Part shown: piece by piece, positions 1 to 14,703 of the stretch | How the letters are laid out: every line of letters starts with the position of its first letter | Numbering within the stretch: position 1 is the stretch's first letter | DNA from: Eledone cirrhosa | Taxonomy: Eukaryota | NCBI GenBank assembly: GCA_964016885.1 | Contig: OZ024741.1 | Location: 289,416,001-289,480,000, forward strand | Direction: 5' to 3' | Length of the DNA stretch: 64,000 bases | Notes under the pieces: model-generated | What the model saw: only the letters and a program-made list of their open reading frames with translations | What the model was told of the DNA's origin: nothing | The model's database searches: none | Made by a program: the position numbers and the translations under genes

Positions 1-56
1 ATAGCGCCAGTTCGTAATTTGAACTCGGGAATTTTATATTCTCCGAGTGAAAAGAT

Positions 57-138
57 CCTTCTGACGAGAGTTTTTCTTTGCAACGGGTGCCGTATGGACT
101 CCATTTATTTTTGAGACTCGAAACCGATTCGGTAAAGG
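57..138 (+). ncRNA. Type-I hammerhead ribozyme motif
   Basis: CCTT-CTGACGA-stem II (GAGTTT/GAGACTC, long insert)-GAAA-CCGATTCGG-TA-AAGG. Stem I is 57-60/135-138. Predicted GUA cleavage after 134. A ~70-nt tail and (TA)n follow. Confidence 0.75.
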
Positions 139-208
139 TAACCATAGTAAGTAAAGTTAATTTTTAAAAATTTATTTTGAAACTTTTTCTTATTTGCTAA
201 ACCTTGTG

Positions 209-260
<52 letters not shown>

Positions 261-587
261 GGGAAGAAAGAGGAAAACTGCGTGGTTGCACATGGGTTAC
301 ATATTATAAAATTAGTCCCTCATAAGTGATTTGCCAACCATCATTGGTATTTCATCGCATTAAAAATCATATACCTCAGGTTGGTGCGAGCAATAACTAA
401 AATAAGCTATTGGGACAAGTGAATCGCGTAAACACCATAGAAGGAAAAGCAAACCGAAGGTAGGAAAAAAGAAAGCAACATGATAGTTATCCGATCAGCA
501 TAAGCTGGGTGAATTTCATGAGTGATCAGAAAACAGACCGTCCGACGTGAATGAGATGTGAGAAAGAAAGAATCCCACTACTATATC

Positions 588-623
<36 letters not shown>

Positions 624-889
624 AAAAGAGAGAGAGAGAAGTGCCCTAGCAGCCGAAGTGTATGATAAAGTTATATCGGTATAAATACAGAGTGTGTAAC
701 CGAGTATACACCAACATGTATAAATATATACATATATTTGAACTGTAGGTATGTAAACATGATGGATATATACACACATTCATTCTATGAATCTGAATAT
801 AATTTGCGAAATATTTCATAGTTCCTTGTATTTCAGATCAGAAAAAGTCCTTTATCGGAACCACTAAAAATAAAACAAAACAAAACATA

Positions 890-1150
890 GGAGGTCTTGG
901 GTTCCATACCACTGCGTGACATCTCGGGTAAATGTATATTACCTTAGCCTGAGGGTGACGGAAGCATTGCGAGTAAAATTGGCTAAGCTATGTGAATGTC
1001 GTCGGATAGATTTTCCTGTAGTTCAAACGTAGTCGGGGATTCGGTTGCGAACTCTGCTAATTATATATGTGCCTGTTAATTTACATGTTAATTTAAGGAG
1101 TCAAACTTTCGCTTTATGGATCAACTGAATATGCCTCATCGGAACCGATA
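890..1150 (+). mobile_element. Degenerate tRNA-type (CORE-like) SINE remnant
   Basis: GGGTTCCATACCACTGCGTGACATCTCGGGTAAATGT resembles a B-box plus CORE-like segment. A loosely similar remnant lies at ~22620-22930. Confidence 0.35.
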
Positions 1151-1388
1151 TAAGACTTATCTTATGTTTCAATGTGAAGTTTACTTTGTTCAGAATATTA
1201 AGCAGAATGCATTGAATTATTTATCAAACTATTATGTTAAACATAATATATTTGAAAGGTATTTCCTTCAAGCACTTATAAATCCTGTCCAGTTACACAC
1301 ACCCGCGCGCACACAGAATCATGCACACATGACTATACATATAAATATGCACACGTTCACACTCACAGACATTCACTGTGTGTGTGAG

Positions 1389-1419
<31 letters not shown>

Positions 1420-1473
1420 CTGCTAGCATAGGTATGCATCTGTATACATATGTCGGTAGATATATTAATTCTT

Positions 1474-1541
<68 letters not shown>

Positions 1542-1543
1542 TG

Positions 1544-3232
<1,689 letters not shown>

Positions 3233-3506
3233 TCTACTATTTTTTAAAGCAATGCAAGCAACAACTATCTAATAATTAAATTATCATAGTGAATTACTGA
3301 CAAGTGATTGACATTTTAAAGTTCTTTTGAGTATAATTGCAATCTAGTTGAGGCAACTGGCTTATTGATAAAGCTAGTAAATCATGAATGCATTTGAGAT
3401 GATTAGTGCATAATAGTGAATTGGTGAAACTTGTGCATTTCAATGGTGTTACAACAATAGATGTAAGTTATATAGTAGTAATACTTTATCATTTTAACTT
3501 TTTAGA

Positions 3507-3866
3507 ATGGACAAAAACCCATGCAAAGAAATGACTTTGACTGCAGTGATTCTCTCCAATTTACTTACAAAGCAAAACGTGGTCAAATACCTTATCATCT
3601 CTGATAAAATGCCCATTGAATCACTGAAAATCGGATGCATGGAATTCCTCATACAATGCTCCTATGAATCGGAAGCCATCACATATATCAATGGATATAG
3701 GGAGTTGTTCACACTGGAAGACCATCACTTCATTTGTGACTTCATCAGTTATCTCCACGATTATCTCAGACACCCAATGCCATTGATGAGAGGTGATCCA
3801 ATGTGTGAGCATGTAACTAATCTTATAGAAGTTGTTATCGACCACCTGGCTTTTAGTGACATTTGA
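3507..3866 (+). CDS. 119-aa ORF with a BACK-domain-like N-terminus (possible exon or cargo gene)
   Basis: LSNLLTKQNVVKYLIISDKMPIESLKIGCMEFLIQ fits the BTB-adjacent BACK pattern (LtxxNvxxxLxxAdxyxxxxLkxxCxxfi). Sequence is non-repetitive. An acceptor-like TTTTAACTTTTTAG precedes it. Confidence 0.45.
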   Translation: MDKNPCKEMTLTAVILSNLLTKQNVVKYLIISDKMPIESLKIGCMEFLIQCSYESEAITYINGYRELFTLEDHHFICDFISYLHDYLRHPMPLMRGDPMCEHVTNLIEVVIDHLAFSDI

Positions 3867-4046
3867 CTGATTTGACTGATAATGATGTATTTTTTAAAAG
3901 TATGTGTACATTCTTGTTACTATTTTAAGGCAATGCAAGCAACAACTATTTAATAAAATTTAAATTTAAAAATGACCATTGTGCATTACTAGTATGATGA
4001 CATTTTCTTAAGTCACAAAATTAGTCAGTCAGTCATAGAACAAGGA

Positions 4047-4232
4047 TCAGGTGGCAAAAACATTGGCAAAAATTTGTGTCAATTTAAGATTTCCAACATT
4101 GTTCAAATGAATCATATCTGGTCTGAAGTCTGATTTGTCAAATTTCGACCAATTTTCAATGTTGTGAAGATTGGGCAATTTCAATTTTTTAATCATTTCT
4201 TTCATGCAGTAATTAAATTTTTCCAAACGTCG
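4047..4232 (-). pseudogene. C-terminal fragment of an SGNH/GDSL esterase-like domain
   Basis: Manual translation RRLEKFNYCMKEMIKKLKLPNLHNIENWSKFDKSDFRPDMIHLNNVGNLKLTQIFANVFAT* contains the block-V DxxH motif followed by LNxxG and a helix. It is too short for the ORF track. Confidence 0.5.
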
Positions 4233-4516
4233 TCATTTCTGGATTACCTCCCCTAGCGTCACGCTTACTATTCACTCACTTGAACACAAGATTTATCAGC
4301 AAACTTTGATTATAAACTTTTTCCCGCTGGACCAAATTTCTAGATTTTTAAGCCAAAAGATGCGTAATGATCTACTGTTCATGCTCATATAAGTTTTATC
4401 TCAGTTAAATAAAGTAGAGCCGCGCTGTACTGTCGTAAACAGACGATTGCCAACGAAAACACGACCACAACAATATTACTAAACGGACTACCGTCCGTTT
4501 AGGATATATATATATA

Positions 4517-4846
4517 TTTCGTTTCTGAATTTGTTTAGCAAGATTCTTTATCTGAAAACGTGTGTTGAAACCGATATTGTTATACTTTGGGAGGGTCATG
4601 TTGCCAATAAAAAACACACGCACCAGTTGCTTTCACTCCAATTTATTATAAATTAAAAAAATTTTTCAAAAATCTTTTCAAAAACATTTTATAAATTTCC
4701 GGTTGGTTGGTTCCACAACCGGACGGATGTTCATATATTGTCAAAGTTCTTTCGTCACACATTCTGTGACCTCTTCAGTGACTGGGGATTCTTTTCTTTC
4801 TTTTGTGCCTCTCCTTTGTTCTGTCCTATGCCGGTTGTGGAACCAA
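4517..4846 (-). mobile_element. Hammerhead-bearing Penelope-like terminal fragment (family A, copy 1)
   Basis: Highly similar to 53361-53668 and flanked by (TA)n. Hammerhead at 4740-4782(-). 4831-4846 is the reverse complement of 4707-4722. Confidence 0.7.
4740..4782 (-). ncRNA. Minimal type-I hammerhead motif
   Basis: Minus strand reads GTCA-CTGAAGA-G-GTCACA-GAATG-TGTGAC-GAAA-GAAC-TT-TGAC, with a minimal stem III. Confidence 0.6.
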
Positions 4847-5310
4847 TATATATATATATATAGTAAAATAAAGGAGTAAAGGACTCGCGTATAATCATGT
4901 AATTCAATGAGTTCAAAGGAAAGAGTTTTCTTGGACACTTTAAAATACAATATAGTGAGAAAAAACACAGGAGAGTGTGTTTTCATTTACAGGATTTTAA
5001 ACCACCATGCACATACAGTAGAAAAGGAAAACAAATCCTTGGTAAAGTACATTACATTTGAAAAATGTTAAGGACTACCAACAGAGAATCATTCTTATCA
5101 CGCACACACATACATACAGAGACACACACACAGAGACAGACAGACAGACACACACACATACAGACACACAGACACACAGACAGACAGACACACACATATG
5201 CACACACACACACACATATATATATGTGCGTGTGTGTGTGTGTGCATGTATATATGTATACGCAAACATGCATATTTATACGTATACATATCTAGTGACC
5301 ATTATTCACA

Positions 5311-5647
5311 GGGCGGTAAGGATGAAAGGCAAAGTTAATCCCGCCGAGGTTAACTTTGCCTTTCATCCTTACGGGGTCGATAAAATAAAGTACCAGTAAT
5401 GCACTGAGGAATTGCTGGCCTTGTGCCTAACGTAGAAACAATTATTCACAGGGCGGTGGATTGGCAGTATCGGTAGAGGGTCTGACGCTATGCTTTGCAG
5501 TAAAGAGTTACGGCCCTTTATGGTCTGAGTTCAAATCCCGCCGAGGTTAACTTTGCCTTTCATCCTTACGGGGGACGATAAAATAAAGTACCAGTAATAC
5601 ACTGGGATAATTGCTGGCCTTGTGCCAAAAGTAGAAACAATTATTCA
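5311..5647 (+). mobile_element. Tandem pair of tRNA-derived SINEs (rearranged copy 5311-5447; full copy 5451-5647)
   Basis: A-box TGGCAGTATCGG, B-box GAGTTCAAATCC, body GCCTTTCATCCTTACGGGGTCGATAAAATAAAGTACCAG, end GTAGAAACAATTATT. Many copies occur in the window. Confidence 0.85.
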
Positions 5648-5981
5648 TATATATGTATTTATTAACTAATAAATGAATTTATCCGACTTGGGTTCCACTT
5701 CGACATGTGTCAATGTTATCCTTAACATATTCGTTGGTACACACACACACATACACTAACATAAACACATATGCACTTACGTTTTTATACATAGGTAACG
5801 TATATTTAGATGTATATGAGAGAGTGTTTGTATGTGTATGTGTATGTGGTGGTATATATATACTATATATATATATACTATATATGTTATACGAATTCGT
5901 GCACGTATGTGTTGCATATGTGATTTTATCAGATGTTTAATGTGTATGTGTGTGTGTAGGTATGTATGTATGTGTGTGTGA

Positions 5982-6013
<32 letters not shown>

Positions 6014-6639
6014 TGTGTGTGTGTGTGTGTGTCTGTGAGCGTATGTGCGAGAGAGAGAGTGTGTGTGTAGCTCTCTGTGCGTCCTTGACTTCAAAAAGAA
6101 CGAATCGCCACTTCAATTCCCTTAAATTCTATAGTAGCTAAACAGATAGCCAAGAGGTGATATTTTTAAAGGGGCCCAATATTATAAGTGCCTCAATGAA
6201 TAGACAAAAGAGCCGGATGCTGGCCATTGTCCGTAATTCTGGCAATGCCAGGAACAGCTGTGTTGATATTTCACAGAAGGCTGCTGCAGCTAAGTGGAGG
6301 TGTTGCCTATTCCTTGACCATCATTTAAATTGGCCAATTCATTCAGGCTTTGATACTTACTCATAGAAGCATGTGTTCATATGAGTAATTGTTGTTGCTG
6401 TTTAGCTTAGCATAGTTTAGTTTAGCTAAGCTTAGCTTCAGGTCAGCTCTGATTGAGAAGAATCTCATGATTTCCAGACACTCCAGACATGACCATCAAT
6501 TCTAATTTTGGAGTGATCACCTTCACCATTATCCACTTCCTCCTACCACTCCCCCCTCCCCCTCCTCCTCCTCCTCCTCCTCTTCATCCTCCTTATCATC
6601 ATCATCATCATCATCATCTTCCAAATGTCTATATATATG

Positions 6640-6730
6640 CAGGGTGCCCCCAAAAATGTATACACACAACAGCATTCTAATAAATATTGCCTGTACAGGT
6701 AATCAAAATATGTATACATATTTTTGGGAC

Positions 6731-6736
<6 letters not shown>
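6640..6736. mobile_element. Tc1/mariner-type MITE
   Basis: Imperfect TIRs CAGGGTGCCCCCAAAAATGTATAC / GTATACATATTTTTGGGACACCCT in TA context. Internal CATTCTAATAAATATTGCCTGTACAGGTAATCA is shared with 60440-60758. Confidence 0.65.
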
Positions 6737-6801
<65 letters not shown>

Positions 6802-6884
6802 CGTTTCAAAAAGATTTATACCTTCGTCTCTTCAATCACAGAACACACCGAGGAACTCGGATTACAACTTATGGATTTCGAATA

Positions 6885-6932
<48 letters not shown>

Positions 6933-7871
6933 TACAATTTTCGATACATATTATATATATATCTATCATCTCGCAACTCGGATTTTACGCATCTTCCAGT
7001 GACTTCGTGGTATGAATTATCTTTTGTTGGTATTCAAGCTGGTTTTACATATATTGGAGTGTGTTCATTTGTGCGCCTCTGCCTATTCTCCTCATTAACT
7101 TGTTTCCTTATCGTTTACCAGTTACATTATTAAGACGTTGCTTTCACAAACTGTGTATCTATATACTGTTTGCTCTTTGCTAATTCAGTAGCTTGCCTTT
7201 GTGCATCCTCATGGTATTTTGCTTAGTTATGATGTATTTGACATGGTTGATAATTCTTTATCGCTTATTCATTAGTTGATTTAGTTTATCTTTACACGTC
7301 ATTCATATCCCAGTAGTTTTCGTCGGATAAATTGTTAGGCTCGCTTGTGGTTCGCCATACTGAGATGTGAGGGTGCCTGGTTGTTTCAGCGCCTAAGATT
7401 CGCCACCGCCTGTGGCAATGCTGCGAGCGTATTGGCTTGCATCAAAGTCTTATGATGGGATGTGCGGCCGATTGTCGCAATTAATGATGAATTGCCTACC
7501 CCACCTTTTTATGTTTCTTTTATCTCACTTTTATCCGTTTATATTTGTATATGTTATGTGTGTGTTTTCGTACTGTAAACATTATATTATTTTTATAATA
7601 AAAAAATATAATTTCTATATTCACTTGAATGTGATGGTTTCCAACGGCTGCAGTTGAATATGTTTTTGGTTGTGAGCAGTGGTTCACCTGATATAAGTTT
7701 CTATATGGCTGTTCTTCATTTTGGTCTCTTTCGTAGATGTGGAGTGAAATCGTGTTAAGTCAAAGAAATGATTTGAAATAAATATCCTAATATATACTGC
7801 GTGGTAAATAGTTCCCTTCCTTGCGTTGTTAAACAATAACATATGAATACAGACATACATGCACTAAAACA

Positions 7872-7898
7872 TCTATATATATAAAACTGAGGATGTGT

Positions 7899-7929
<31 letters not shown>

Positions 7930-8489
7930 AATTTGAATCCCTAAAACTCGAGAAGTACGCAACCGATTTTTTTCAAACTTTACATGTGTATTACTTATGT
8001 TTCAACTTTTTGATCCCCTAGGGCCCCGCATTAGGTAAAAAACTGCGTTTTTTCAGCTTTTTAGGGTTTTTTTGAGGCGTTACGTCAGACCGATTTCCTT
8101 GAAATTGTAACTATGTATTAGTCAGTTTCTTCTTCATACCGTGAGCAAAGAAAATCCAACTTTTTTATGGCCTAGGGCCCGCATTAGGTGAAAAACTTCA
8201 TTTTTTCAGCTTTTTAGGGCTTTTTTGAGGCGTTACGTCTAGCCGATTTTCCCGAAATTTCAAGGCATATTATGCACATTAAAAAGTTCATTTTCTTGAT
8301 CCTCATTAGGTGAAAACCTGCATTTTTCCTGCTTCATTGAGGAAAATCTTAAAGATTATCCAGCCATCAGAGTATTCAGTTTATTTTCTTTATATATTGT
8401 CCAGGCATGCAGTTTTTCCACCATTATGTCTGTTGGCGGCCCGCATTCCAAAATACCTAATCCCGTGCCACGCCGGGTACCACTGCTAA
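7872..8489 (+). mobile_element. Non-autonomous Helitron-like element
   Basis: 5' A|TCTATATATATAAAA, subterminal hairpin CCCGTGCCACGCCGGG, 3' CTAA|T (CTRR). It has internal ~170-bp repeats and homology to 47273-47924. Confidence 0.75.
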
Positions 8490-8675
8490 TATCTTTATAA
8501 ATGTGTCTGTGAGAGTGAGTATGTATGTGTATGTATATGAATGTATTTATAAGCACATGTGTGTGTATTTGTATGTTTGGGTGAGGGTATATATATATAT
8601 TTAAATGTGTGTACGTTTAGAAAATTTGACTTCACGAAGACACTGCTGTTGCTGGTGCTGTTGCTGCTGCTGCTG

Positions 8676-8709
<34 letters not shown>

Positions 8710-8734
8710 CACTACCACTACCACTACCACCACC

Positions 8735-8798
<64 letters not shown>

Positions 8799-9059
8799 GG
8801 TAGGTTATTGTTGCAAACATGATGTATATCTGTATATTTAGCCGACATTCAATCAGCTCATTCATAGCTTTTCACCGACAAATTTTGTTTGATTTCAATT
8901 CATAAAATACATAATAAAGAAAACATAAAATAAAGAAACTACACAAAACACGAGACAAAAAGTAGATATTTTGAAATTGGCACAGATTAATTTACATATA
9001 AAAATATATTTATATCAAACACTTTTCACTTAAATTATATATATTGTCAACAAATATGT

Positions 9060-9760
9060 CTGAGCTCTGTAAGTATGTATACACATACACACATATACAC
9101 ACATGCACACACATACACCCACGCACGCACAAATACGCACACACATACACACTCACGCACACACACGCACTTACTCACACACACACATTACATATATATA
9201 TATATTTATTTATATTTACATATATATATAAATATATCTACGGATCCATATATATATATATATATACACATGAAGGCATGTCAACATACATACAAACATA
9301 CGTACACCCATACATACATCCATACAAACATACATTCATACATACACACATACATACATACATACAAACACACATACATTCATACATACGTACACCCATA
9401 CATACATCCATACAAACATACATTCATACATACACACATACATACATACATACAAACACACATACATACATACATACACACACACAAACATACATTCATA
9501 CATACATACATACATACATACATACATGCAAACATACATACATACATACAAACATACATACATACATACATACATACATACATACAAACAAACATACATT
9601 CATACATACACACAAACATACATTCATACATACATACACACATACATACATACATACATACATACAAACATACATACATACATACATACATACATACATA
9701 CATACATACACACAGAGAGACATGCATACAAACAGACAGAAGACATTCAGACAGACAGAC
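9060..9760. repeat. Compound (CA)n/(CATA)n microsatellite block
   Basis: Seen directly. Confidence 0.95.
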
Positions 9761-10334
9761 ATATACCTCCAATATATCCCCACAGAAATATTCAATGACG
9801 TTGCATTCTTATATTGACAATTTTCCAAATATCTTCCATCTTCTGAATGTTTCAAACAGAATTAAATAGAAAACTTTGAATTCTTCACTTTCGTTCTTCC
9901 TCGGAGCTAAAACCGAAATCATTCCGGTGCCAATTTTGAACAAATCGTAACAAATGAGATCAAAATTCTACATAATATACATGCATTGTTTTGCTATGCT
10001 TTGACTGTTATTTTTCCTTCATTTTATTATTTTTCTTTTGTCATTCTTTAATTATAGGTTTAAAGTCTTTTATGATATTGTTTTTCAAACACTTCAACAT
10101 ATTCTATTACCATCTCTGTCACTGTTCCCACCTCTCTCGATATACTTATGTATATATGCATATACATGTTTTTCTACGCATCCATATCCATGTATACCTA
10201 AACACACACATTTATATATTTATTCTTTTTATATATTGCATCGTCTGGTGATCAACAAGTCTGTGTATTCATGTGCTTATGAGTGTGTTGTAAAAATCGC
10301 TTGAACAACCATTTATGTATGTATGTATCCAAAC

Positions 10335-12860
10335 CCGGTGACTTCCGCCTCGTAGAACCTCGTAGAATCTCGGCTGACTTTATCCGCCTTTCGCATCGCT
10401 CAGGTGTGTCGGTAGCGATCGAGATAGAAACTGAAGTCCAACACCATCAACGACCCACCGCCCTCCCCAAGCAATCGAACAAAGTGCTGGAGAAAAACTG
10501 CACACATCTGCCTGGAATCATTAAGCACGCATTCATCTCAGTCCGTTAAAGACCGAATCGATGTTTTGTTACCTCGCTGCACCTCTGCCACACGGCCTCA
10601 TCGAACAGCTTTCAATCCCTCGTTTCTTAGAGCACTCGCCTTAGCTCTGACAATGGCACCTTGGTGTTTCGCTTTGAAGAAATTGTTTAATGCCATTTTG
10701 GCCACTAGCACGTCTGTCGCAATAAATAGCCTCGTCTAATTTAGCTACATGCTCCCCCTCCTTTCTATTTTTTCTACGCTGTTTCTTTACGCCTTCGGCA
10801 TTACTCTACTCTCTCTTTTGAGAGCTCCCCACCACCTGTTGTTGACGACCCTCCCACTGTCAATTTATACTTCACTAAACTCTGACCCGATCCCTGTAAG
10901 CTTTACGTGCCAAGAATGACATGTTCATCTTCCAATAACCAGGTCCTTAGCTGCGTGTTCTCTCTAGGTGGCTATGCAGATCACAAATTTGTGATCTGAA
11001 TAAGCAACTGTTTCAATATGTGGACAATATATACTATCCTTATCTACTGACTCAATACAAATTCTATCTATACAAGATCCAGATGACCACATGCGGTTGG
11101 TCCAGTCAATACTGGCGTATTAGGGAAATCTAGTCGATACCTGCCAGAGAGTTAGAACTAGCTGATCAGGTAGCTGAGGCTTTTACAGCCCGCACTCATA
11201 TCAGCTACACCCTCACAATCCCAGCGTGTATCTGAAATGTTGTTCCAGTCCCTCGATAACAGTAAAGTGCAAGAGGTTACTAGAAAGGTTTCCAGGTACC
11301 TAAAAAATCTGGCCATCAGTTTAAAGGCACCAACTTCGATATTGTTCAGTCCAAGACCACCAACTTACCGTTTGAATCCAGGAAAATAGACCTTACCTCG
11401 AGATCCAAGCCTTTCCTAAACAGCACTGCCAGCTCAGCTCCCATCCCCGGCAGACGAAGAGATGCGAAGATCTGATAGTCGTCGAAAATTGGAGCTAGTG
11501 CGTGTGTGTCGGCAGTCAAATCCATATTTAGTGACCTGAGGTCATTCAGCAAGCGACCCTGCTTCCAAGGCGACCCCAGGCCACGAACATTTAAACATCC
11601 TACTTTTAAGATGACCATGTTTGCTTCTTAAATGAGAGAAGAAAAGACTACTTACCTTCCGGTTGATGTCAGGTGATTCCGCCTCTATATTTGGTCGGAT
11701 TTCTTTTGGGAACTCCTTAAGTACCCTGCCTGTTGGCCTAACATTTGGGGTTCCCGTATCCCGAGGAAAGCTCTCCCTAATCCCTTTGTAGATATCGAGT
11801 GACTTTTGTACCAGAAACAAATCTTCTATCAAGCGAAATCTGCTCGTGCCAAATATTTCCCCTTTTCTTCTTGCCTTCGTGCTATGAAGGGCATCAATTC
11901 TTTGTTGGTCCTTCTTATAAGTACGACGTTTTGTGTGCTTTGTTGCTGTTGTGGTTGCACTTGTTTCTGTTCGGATGATTGTGGTGGTGGGTGTTGTTGG
12001 TGTTGTTATGGATGTGTTTGTGTTTGTTGTGAGTGTGGTATCTGCGACTTCAGTTGTTTTTGTGTTGTTTTGTACTTGTGTTTGTTGTGGTTGTTTGCTT
12101 TTAGGGAATTGTATGGTGTTGGTTTTGATGTGAAAGTGTTTGTGTTTGTTGTGTTTGGTGTCTGCATTTTCTGTTGTGGGTGTGTGATGTGTGGAATCTT
12201 TTTTTGGTTCCGCTTTTGTTTTTTTTTCAGTTTTAGGGGTTTTAGGGTTTTGCCTACTGGAAAATGAGGTGTCTGTGTCTGGAAATGTGTTTGTGTTTGT
12301 GTCAATGTGTGGTTTTCTGGGGGAGGGGGAATGGGAGAGTTTTCCTTGTCTTCACCATGGGTCGTCATCTTTGTGGGTGGCATTTCCACTTGTGTTACTG
12401 ATGGTGGTGCTGCCGGAGCTGGTGTTAGTGGTGGTCTCCGACCCACCATCGGCACCAGTGGAGGAGAGCGACCCCTTCCATTTTTAGCAGAAGGCTCGCA
12501 AATGCGTTGTTCTACGCAAATGAAATGGTGCGGCCTTTTGCACTCACTCATCATTTACAGTGTCGTTTTGGAGACGGACATGGTCCGGGATTTTGTTTAA
12601 GTCCTCTAGTCTGATTTGGAGATATTTCTCCAAATCAACCCCCCCCCCCCCCCTGACCAGTCCTTCCTGGCTGTTCGTGTAGCTTTTCTCGTAACGGCAT
12701 CAGTCCCTTTCTCAATCACGCATCCAAGGAGTCATCATAATCCCAACCCTGGTGGAATCCTGGGAATCCGGACACGCACAGTGCATTGTTACTTTGCTGG
12801 TTTGGGATTAGGCCATCAAGTGTATTATAGCGAGGGCTTTGGACTTAAACAACACTAAGA
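10335..12860 (-). mobile_element. Decayed L1/Tx1-clade LINE, 5' part (ORF1 remnant, APE endonuclease, linker)
   Basis: MVILKVGCLNVRGLGSPWKQ (APE start, 11618), ..IDRI..SDHK.., GPGYWKMN, and linker HQGAIVRAKASALRNEG. Many stops and frameshifts; no RT core present. Confidence 0.8.
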
Positions 12861-13026
12861 CGGTGAGGTATTGTTTGTCCCTCACTATGAACTCCGCGCC
12901 ACAATTTAGCCTTAATATAATGAATATATATATAGTCCCCCGCCCCCACTCCCAAGCGTGAAACTAATACTAATATCATTTGTACTGCCTCTTCGTTTTT
13001 CTGTTTTGTTCTCTGTTTATTTATTA

Positions 13027-13057
<31 letters not shown>

Positions 13058-13561
13058 CGTGTGTGTGTGTATGTGTGTGTGTGTGTGTGTATGTGTGTAT
13101 GTGTGCATGTGTGTGTGTGTGCGTGTGTGTGTGTGTGTGTCTGTGTGTGTGTGTCTGTGTGTGTCTGTGTGTGTGTGTGTCTGTGTGTGTGTGTGTATAT
13201 ATATGGGCAGATAGGGTCAAAAAGACATAAAAAAACATATATTGATAGATAAGTAGTCCCAGTGATTGTGTATTCTTAGTTCCTCAGATAAATATGTAGG
13301 CAGAGAGAAAGGTAGCTATATAGGTAGGTTGAATGAATTCAGATAAATTAGGTGGTAGGTGAAAGGTTGGGGGAAGCAGAACGAGTAACAAAGGTATAGT
13401 GTAAGAAATAGAAAGTTTGGCTTTATTAGCCGTAGGCGTCTTTATTGTGAATTGGCAATTCTCTCACTTCCCATTCCTTGATTAAAAGGTGAAAATGGAC
13501 CACTTTATAGAAGCTATTTAGCACGACATTTGACACAGCATCGATGATTCGCTGGTCAATT

Positions 13562-13615
<54 letters not shown>

Positions 13616-14020
13616 TCTATACCTATATGTGTGTGTGTGTGGATGTATATACGTGTTTGTGAGTGTGTGTGCATGTGTATGTATAGATTAGGTATATGTA
13701 TATATATATATATGCATAAACACACATACATACTTATAAATGTATATATATATATATATTGTTAAATATAAAAGGAAAAGAAAACGTACAAATGTGAACA
13801 TTTTCAGATACGACAGCCTGATTATATCTTTAGATTTATACCTGTAATTATTGCGGCTTTTATATACTTAACTAACTGCCTCGGCACCATATTGAGAAAG
13901 TAGTCTTCATAAAACCTGAGAGGTCGTGACTAATTAAGAAATTTCACTTACAAGCTATTAATAGTGCTGTAAATATGAGTACCGTTCCAAAACATTAGCC
14001 TGTAGTATGTGTCGATAGAC

Positions 14021-14064
<44 letters not shown>

Positions 14065-14067
<3 letters not shown>

Positions 14068-14360
14068 ATTGAATATATGAGAGGGATGAAAACCGATACA
14101 AGTATACATGTGTTCGAATTGCAAATGACCAAGTTAGCTAGGTTAAAAAAATATTAAATAGAGACAGGCAAACCATATTGTTTTAAATGAGTATTTTTTC
14201 AACCTAACTAACTTAGTCATTTGTAATTCGAACACATGTATACTTGTATCGGTTTTCATCCCTCTCATATATTCAATTGTATTACATGGCTCGGAAAGAT
14301 TCCCTTCCTTGAGCTATTTAATTGTAAAAGACTATTTTGAAGTTTCTAACTCAATCTATG
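14065..14360 (+). mobile_element. Fold-back element in (TA)n (family D, copy 1)
   Basis: ~90-bp inverted arms at 14065-14153 and 14191-14280, followed by an 80-nt tail similar to 62870-62940. Confidence 0.6.
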
Positions 14361-14386
14361 ATATATATATATATATATATACACAT

Positions 14387-14438
<52 letters not shown>

Positions 14439-14666
14439 GTACATGATTATACATACACATTCAAACATGCAATGGCATACATGCATGTATCCACATACAT
14501 ACTTCGACAAATACGTTGGTACAAGCAAGAATATCCAGTTGATATTGTCTACATTCTAATGGAAATCTCGAGATTTTGGGTTGAAGGCTGGTTCCGTTCG
14601 GATTAAGAAAAAATTTAAAGAATAAACCCAGAACACACCCACATACACACACACATACATACACAC

Positions 14667-14703
<37 letters not shown>

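Noticed and set aside
333-385. Hammerhead-like motif on the minus strand (CCAAC-CTGAGGT...GAAA...GTTGG)
   Set aside because: The core deviates (CTGAGGT) and stems II/III are poor. At best it is a decayed copy.
5451-5545. tRNA gene
   Set aside because: A/B boxes are present but there is no cloverleaf, and it continues into a repeated SINE body.
13426-13560. Possible GIY-YIG C-terminal remnant (..LLIKEWEVRELPIHN..)
   Set aside because: The similarity is too weak and there is no GIY/YIG motif.
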